Below, one piece after another: positions 58,839 through 64,000 of a stretch of 64,000 nucleotides of DNA. The notes beneath the pieces were generated by a model. The model had not been told where the DNA came from and did not search any database. It worked only from the letters and a program-made list of their open reading frames with translations. Within the stretch, counting starts at the first letter, position 1. Every line of letters begins with the position of its first letter. Both the position numbers and the translations under genes were made by a program. Source of the stretch: an uncultured Gammaproteobacteria bacterium (GTDB lineage: Bacteria > Patescibacteriota > Microgenomatia > Daviesbacterales > UBA10151); the NCBI GenBank assembly GCA_964446685.1, contig CAYUPO010000007.1, positions 233 to 64,232 of the forward strand, in the 5' to 3' direction.

Positions 58839-58885
58839 TCCTATAGTTGTAATAATACCTCTTTTTTGATAATATTTACGGCTGT

Positions 58886-59545
58886 ATGCCTCAAATTCCT
58901 GATATTATTCGAGAAAAATTAATCACCCTACCGGGTTTTAATTATATTGGTGAAGCACACAGTTATATTCAAGGAAGTGACCCTCGCCACCAAATAACTC
59001 ATTTTATTGCTCCAATTCCTGAAGTGGACCCTTCCAATACAGTGTTACTGGATATTAAAAATCTAGAAATTGCCCGCGCCTTAACAGGTGTTTTTAAATT
59101 TAGCACATTAACTCAAGCTACAAATAGAGAACCAATTTCAAAATCAGGTTTAAATTTGGGCCGGTTAGTATTTACAGAAACATTAACACATCCAGTTCCA
59201 GATTCAGATCCGGAAACAGATCCTAATACACCAAATACACCTCAATGGGAATTAGATTTACTAGAAATTCTTCAGCAAAAAGGAGCGATTGATGTCAGAG
59301 CCTCTACAACCTATCGAAAATTCCGGGATACTGATGTAGTAATTTATCCCAATAGTGAGTTAGCTGAATTAATTCATAAATATCATATTGCCTCAACTAA
59401 AGGCCTTATCTCCAAAAACAAAGGATGGTACCAGATGAGATATAAAATCCCTGCAGGTTTATTAACCGCACAGAAAAAAGGGCAATTATCTAAAAATCCG
59501 ATGGTACAGTGTTTAAGAATGATTCCTAATTCCGATCTGATTTGA
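58886..59545 (+). CDS. Hypothetical protein
   Basis: 219-aa ORF filling the intergenic space; no recognised motif. Confidence 0.55.
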   Translation: MPQIPDIIREKLITLPGFNYIGEAHSYIQGSDPRHQITHFIAPIPEVDPSNTVLLDIKNLEIARALTGVFKFSTLTQATNREPISKSGLNLGRLVFTETLTHPVPDSDPETDPNTPNTPQWELDLLEILQQKGAIDVRASTTYRKFRDTDVVIYPNSELAELIHKYHIASTKGLISKNKGWYQMRYKIPAGLLTAQKKGQLSKNPMVQCLRMIPNSDLI

Positions 59546-59576
59546 TTTTCATTAAATCTTGTTAGTACTGTTGTTA

Positions 59577-59582
59577 TATAAT
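59577..59582 (+). promoter_or_regulatory. -10 element 6 nt upstream of the prfB ATG (leaderless-type)
   Basis: TATAAT-TCCCTC-ATG. Confidence 0.6.
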
Positions 59583-59588
59583 TCCCTC

Positions 59589-60662
59589 ATGGACGAAATT
59601 CAACAAAAATTAAAAGATCAAAAAGACCGGTTTGAAAAAATCAAATTACAGCTAAACCGTGACAAAATGCAGCAGGAGATACTGGAACTTGAGGCACAAA
59701 CAATGAAAGAGGGTTTTTGGAATGATCAAAAACAGGCTCAGTCTATTGGCAGACAGCTTTCAGAAAAACAAAAAACAGTTGCCACAATGGATGAACTTGA
59801 ACAAAGGATTGCTGACGGTCTGGAATTGTCAGGGGACGAAGTGATGCTGGAAGATCTGACCACTGAAACTAAACTAATTGAAAAAATTCTTTCTGAATTT
59901 GAATTAAAGTTATTTTTATCTCACCCGCATGATGACTCAGAAGCCATACTTGCCGTACACTCCGGAGCTGGCGGAACAGAAGCCATGGATTGGGCATTAA
60001 TGCTCTCACGGATGTATCAGCGCTATTTTGAGAAAAAAGGCTGGCAGTATGAGATATCGGATGAATCAGCTGGTGAAGAAGCGGGTATTAAAACAATGTC
60101 GATGATAGTCCACGCTCCTTTTGGTTTCGGTTTGTTAAAAGGCGAAGCAGGTACTCACCGTTTAGTCCGATTATCCCCTTTCAACGCTGATAGTTTGCGC
60201 CAAACTTCTTTTGCTTTAGTTGAAGTTTTACCAGTAATTGAAGACAACAACGAAGTCGAACTAAACGAAAACGATATTGAATTTGATTCTTTCCGCAGTG
60301 CCGGAGCCGGCGGACAAAATGTTAACAAAGTTTCAACAGCAGTCAGGCTAAAACATATTCCTACCGGAATCGTAGTCACCTGCCAGACTGAAAGATCTCA
60401 GCTTCAAAATCGGGAAAACGCTATGAAACTACTTTTAGGAAAACTCTGGCAAAAACAACAGGAAGAACAAAAAGCAGTCCAAAAAGAGCTCCGGGGAACT
60501 AACACTCAGGGCTCATGGGGGACCCAAATACGTTCTTATGTCTTACATCCATACAAAATGGTCAAAGATCTCCGGACCGAACAGGAAACATCCAATGCTG
60601 AAGGCGTATTAGATGGCAACCTAGATGAATTCATCGAAGCTGAAGTTCGTATATTAAGTTAA
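59589..60662 (+). CDS. prfB: Peptide chain release factor 2 (no programmed frameshift)
   Basis: [25 protein letters not shown] (SPF recognition motif), [23 protein letters not shown]; continuous frame from ATG 59589. Confidence 0.95.
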   Translation: MDEIQQKLKDQKDRFEKIKLQLNRDKMQQEILELEAQTMKEGFWNDQKQAQSIGRQLSEKQKTVATMDELEQRIADGLELSGDEVMLEDLTTETKLIEKILSEFELKLFLSHPHDDSEAILAVHSGAGGTEAMDWALMLSRMYQRYFEKKGWQYEISDESAGEEAGIKTMSMIVHAPFGFGLLKGEAGTHRLVRLSPFNADSLRQTSFALVEVLPVIEDNNEVELNENDIEFDSFRSAGAGGQNVNKVSTAVRLKHIPTGIVVTCQTERSQLQNRENAMKLLLGKLWQKQQEEQKAVQKELRGTNTQGSWGTQIRSYVLHPYKMVKDLRTEQETSNAEGVLDGNLDEFIEAEVRILS

Positions 60663-60742
60663 CCAGTAAATCAGAGAACTAGTTAATCAGATTGTTTGAT
60701 CCTACCCTAATTAACTAATCCACCAACTAACTAATTAACTTT
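60661..60742. repeat. Inverted degenerate octamer array
   Basis: aaccagta aatcagag aactagtt aatcagat ... cctaatta actaatcc accaacta actaatta. Confidence 0.55.
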
Positions 60743-60796
60743 TCCTCCTATCTCCCTCTTGAAAGTTACTAGCTAAAGTGTGCTAAAATGAATTCT

Positions 60797-61237
60797 ATGG
60801 ACGAAAGAAACAGCAGCCAATTTGTACATAAATTATCAGGCCCATCCCGTTACAAAGTATTAGGCTTAGTGCTTGTTTTAGCTCTGGTTGGCGGAGTAGG
60901 CACAGGCTTTGCTTTAGGATCAAGTCAGAATGGATCATCCCCAGTAGCAATTATTACCGGAACTGCTGACAAAGCTGAAACAGCTCATCAGGACACACAA
61001 ACATTTAAGGACTTCGCTGAAGGTAAAATCACCAAAAAACCAGAAGTCAAAGCAGGTACTTATGCCGAGGGAACCCATCTACTTGTACGAGATGGCGCTG
61101 TTCCTGTTGCCTTAACCTCATCGGTGGTTGATTTATCTTTATATGAAGATAAAAAAGTTAAAGTCTATGGTGAAACCCAAAAAGCCATCAAAGAAGGTTG
61201 GTTGATGGATGTCGGTAAAGTAGAAGAAACCAATTAG
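60797..61237 (+). CDS. Hypothetical single-TM membrane-anchored protein
   Basis: TM segment VLGLVLVLALVGGVGTGFAL then a beta-rich soluble domain; TG-C-TAAAAT lies 7 nt before ATG 60797. Confidence 0.7.
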   Translation: MDERNSSQFVHKLSGPSRYKVLGLVLVLALVGGVGTGFALGSSQNGSSPVAIITGTADKAETAHQDTQTFKDFAEGKITKKPEVKAGTYAEGTHLLVRDGAVPVALTSSVVDLSLYEDKKVKVYGETQKAIKEGWLMDVGKVEETN

Positions 61238-61318
61238 CGTATAGCGGCAAGTGTTTAGCGAAAAGAAAAAACATCATTAATATTTAATCTCCACGCTGTC
61301 CGCTGCCATCTATACCCC
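61234..61318. repeat. Inverted degenerate heptamer array (tagcg / cgctg)
   Basis: ttagcgt atagcgg caagtgt ttagcga ... cacgctg tccgctg ccatcta. Confidence 0.55.
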
Positions 61319-61323
61319 AAAAA

Positions 61324-62010
61324 ATGATTATTAAATTTGAAAATGTTACAAAAAGATTCTCTTCCTCCATCACCGCAGTTGATGACATCAATTTAGAAAT
61401 TCAGTCAGGCGAATTTGTTTTTTTAGTCGGCCCTTCCGGAGCTGGTAAATCAACCCTACTCCGCCTATTAACCAGAGAAAATAATGCCACCTCAGGAAAA
61501 ATTCAGGTGGGAGATACTGAAGTTACCAGACTGAAATCAAGCGACATACCACATTATCGCCGTAAAATTGGTTTCGTTTTTCAAGATTTTAAACTTTTAG
61601 AAGACCGGACCGTATTTGAAAATGTCGCTCTGACTCTGGAAGTCAGAAATTATTCTGAAGAAGAAATACATAAAGAGGTGGAAAGAATTTTAAAATTATT
61701 TGAAATCTGGGGAAGAAGAAATCTGTTTCCCAGCCAACTCTCAGGCGGTGAAGCTCAAAGGACAGCTATTGCCAGAGCAATCATTGGTAAACCGGAAATA
61801 TTACTGGCTGATGAACCTACCGGAGATCTCGATCCTCAAACTTCATGGGGAGTGATGCAACTTTTAAATGAAATTAACTCCTGGGGGACAACAGTAGTTA
61901 TGGCCACACACAACCATGAAATCGTCAACTCACTAAAACGCCGGGTTATTTTAGTCAAAGAAGGAAAAATAGTTAAAGATATTAAGGAAGGAAAGTACGA
62001 GTTACATTAA
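61324..62010 (+). CDS. ftsE: Cell division ATP-binding protein FtsE
   Basis: GEFVFLVGPSGAGKST, RRKIGFVFQDFKLL, LSGGE, GTTVVMATHN; followed by ftsX. Confidence 0.9.
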   Translation: MIIKFENVTKRFSSSITAVDDINLEIQSGEFVFLVGPSGAGKSTLLRLLTRENNATSGKIQVGDTEVTRLKSSDIPHYRRKIGFVFQDFKLLEDRTVFENVALTLEVRNYSEEEIHKEVERILKLFEIWGRRNLFPSQLSGGEAQRTAIARAIIGKPEILLADEPTGDLDPQTSWGVMQLLNEINSWGTTVVMATHNHEIVNSLKRRVILVKEGKIVKDIKEGKYELH

Positions 62011-62128
62011 AAATTTCTAATTACTAATAACTAAGTACTCTAAACAATGATCAAATTTTAAAGTCAAAGTTTAGAAATTTAATACATTTAGATTTATTTA
62101 GAAATTAGAAATTAGAAATTAAAAATTT
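62011..62128. repeat. Inverted heptamer array (aatttct / tagaaat)
   Basis: aaatttctaattactaataactaagtact ... ttagaaattagaaattagaaattaaaaattt. Confidence 0.8.
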
Positions 62129-62133
62129 TAATC

Positions 62134-63009
62134 ATGAGATTACTTAGCTTTGTCAGACGCAATATCAGAAGAACTCCATATCAGGCTTTGGCAGCAATTA
62201 TGGTGATGTTTTTAACCTTTTTAACAATGCAAATTTTCGCTTTGCTTGGACTGGGGTCTCATGTTTTGCTTAAAGAATTCGAATCAAAACCACAGGTAAT
62301 TGGTTTCTTTGAAGACAACACCACTGAGCAGGATATCGCGGCAATTAAACGTAATCTTGAACAAACCGGAAAAGTGACGTCCATTAAATATATTTCCAAA
62401 GAAGAAGCTTTTAAAAATTATAAAGAACTAAATAAAGATGATCCAAGATCTCTTGAGTTGGTCACAGCCAGCATGCTCCCACCGTCGCTTGAAGTCTCAA
62501 CCACTACACCTCAGGATTTGTCATTAGTGGCTGATATGCTGTCACAGGAACCAGTTATTGGCAAAGACAACGTTATTATTCCTCTGAATGTAATTGATAC
62601 TATCACCCGGGTTTCAAACAGTATCAGATACACCGGCAGTATCGTAATTTTGTTTCTCAGCTTCTTCTCCCTTCTTATCATATTAATGATTATCGGCTTT
62701 AAATTAAGACTTAAGCGAAAGGAAATCGAAATCATGAAATTACTGGGAGCTTCCACCTGGTTTATCAGAGCTCCATTTTTACTGGAGGGTATTTTTTACA
62801 GCTGTGTCGGAGCGTTCATCGCCTGGATATTCACCTACCTGATAGTCTGGTATGCAACTCCGTTTGTCCAAAGCAATATCTATGAAGTAAAACTGTTGCC
62901 TATTTCACCACTAGTTATGTTAGGTATTTTAGTTGCCTCTCAAGTTGTTGCTTTCTTCATCGGCCTCATTGGTTCTTTCGGCGCTATTAGACGCTACCTG
63001 CATCACTAA
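62134..63009 (+). CDS. ftsX: Cell division permease FtsX
   Basis: KYISKEEA, LPPSLEV, RKEIEIMKLLGASTWFIRAPFLLEG, AIRRYL. Confidence 0.9.
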   Translation: MRLLSFVRRNIRRTPYQALAAIMVMFLTFLTMQIFALLGLGSHVLLKEFESKPQVIGFFEDNTTEQDIAAIKRNLEQTGKVTSIKYISKEEAFKNYKELNKDDPRSLELVTASMLPPSLEVSTTTPQDLSLVADMLSQEPVIGKDNVIIPLNVIDTITRVSNSIRYTGSIVILFLSFFSLLIILMIIGFKLRLKRKEIEIMKLLGASTWFIRAPFLLEGIFYSCVGAFIAWIFTYLIVWYATPFVQSNIYEVKLLPISPLVMLGILVASQVVAFFIGLIGSFGAIRRYLHH

Positions 63010-63016
63010 ATTCTTT

Positions 63017-64000
63017 ATGGAAAGAAAACATTTCAAAAAGTTATTTCAAATTAAAGGACGTCTGATTGTTTATAGCTTACTCGCTTTTACCTTTGTCGCA
63101 TTTTTCTTACTACCAACTACTTCCTATGCCCAATCATCGGCTGATCTGGAAAAACAGTTAAAAGACAAACAGGAAGAGATTAAAAAAGTTCAGGCACAAT
63201 TGGAAGATTCCCAAAAACAGGAAAAAACCCTCAAAACCCAGCTTCAGGTGATAGATAGCCAGGTAAAAATAACCTTACTAAAAATTGATGAAACTGAGTT
63301 TCAGATTACAAAACTGGATAAAGAAATCGAAGATCTTGGCACTCGGATTGGTAGACTTTCCCAAAGTGTAGATACTCTTTCAGAAGTTCTGCTAAACCGG
63401 ATCGTTTTAACTTACAAGCATGGTAGTATCAGTCCAATCGAGTTGATCTTCTCCTCCACCAGTCTGGGTGATCTGATGGAGAGAGTCAAATATCTTCAGG
63501 TAATTCAGGCCAATGATAAAAAAGTTCTCTATGAACTTCAGGCCACCAAAACCAGTTACAACGATCAAAAAAATGATAAAGAGGTCAGACAAAAACAACA
63601 GGAAAAACTTAAAAATGATTTAGAAAATTATCAGACCCAGTTGGCTGATCAGAAAAAAGCCAAAGACGAACTTTTAAGAGCAACTCAAAATGATGAAGCA
63701 AAATTCCAGCAGCTGTTGGTCAAACTGCGGGCTGATACTGAATCTATCTCCCGTGCATTAGCTAGTGCCGGAACAAAACTGGGCCCTGTCAAAAGAGGTG
63801 AAAGAATTGCCTCAGTTGGAAACTCTGGCTGTTCCACCGGACCACATCTGCATTTAGAAGTTATGACACCAGCCAGAGTTGAAAACGGAGTTATTGTTGG
63901 CCGGGAAAACAAAGTTGATCCAAAACCTTATTTAGATTCAGGCAAGTTTAACAAACCTACTGCCAGCTACAACGGAGGGGACTGCACCGGTGCCGGACAA
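63017..64000 (+). CDS. Exported coiled-coil protein with M23 peptidase-like domain (EnvC/CwlO-like FtsEX partner); runs off the window's right edge
   Basis: Translated by hand from ATG 63017: signal peptide (..PTTSYAQSS), about 210-aa coiled coil, then VKRGERIASVGNSGCSTGPHLHLEV. Confidence 0.85.
   Translation, partial: MERKHFKKLFQIKGRLIVYSLLAFTFVAFFLLPTTSYAQSSADLEKQLKDKQEEIKKVQAQLEDSQKQEKTLKTQLQVIDSQVKITLLKIDETEFQITKLDKEIEDLGTRIGRLSQSVDTLSEVLLNRIVLTYKHGSISPIELIFSSTSLGDLMERVKYLQVIQANDKKVLYELQATKTSYNDQKNDKEVRQKQQEKLKNDLENYQTQLADQKKAKDELLRATQNDEAKFQQLLVKLRADTESISRALASAGTKLGPVKRGERIASVGNSGCSTGPHLHLEVMTPARVENGVIVGRENKVDPKPYLDSGKFNKPTASYNGGDCTGAGQ

Noticed and set aside
59589-59700. Programmed +1 frameshift in prfB
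   Set aside because: The frame is continuous from ATG 59589 and there is no CTT-TGA-C site
1384-63912. Numerous 60-130-aa ORFs in the track that overlap long genes (e.g. 10889-11287, 13270-13599, 33142-33495, 57948-58241, 63685-63912)
   Set aside because: Antisense or alternate-frame shadows of well-supported genes, with no motifs or independent expression signals
1-64000. Alternative genetic code (TGA=Gly as in Gracilibacteria/SR1)
   Set aside because: Full-length ORFs are obtained with the standard code, and TGA terminates several genes at overlapping ATGA junctions

Overview
AT-rich bacterial DNA read with the standard code (TGA used as a stop). Gene content and repeat style suggest a CPR/Patescibacteria (Microgenomates-like) genome; this is inference. 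About 54 kb (1-53770) is one cell-surface glycosylation region. It holds about 19 polytopic GT-C-type membrane glycosyltransferases (ArnT/PMT-like, PIG-V-like, GT87/ALG6-like, YfhO/PTPS-related), 8 GT2 enzymes (about 5 polyprenol-P-sugar-synthase-like, one fused to a methyltransferase and one to GtrA), 3 GT4 enzymes, 2 Wzx-like flippases, and genes for GDP-fucose, a second GDP-6-deoxyhexose and dTDP-rhamnose. The last 10 kb has a CAP-domain protein, a half-length TsaB, a MacAB/YknXYZ-like ABC exporter, prfB (no frameshift), ftsEX and a coiled-coil/M23 protein whose motif order looks circularly permuted. Intergenic spaces, and several coding sequences, carry two repeat classes: GC-rich REP-like palindromes and inverted arrays of degenerate 7/8-mers. 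I recognised no rRNA, tRNA, CRISPR array or transposase. All family assignments come from motif reading, not database searches.
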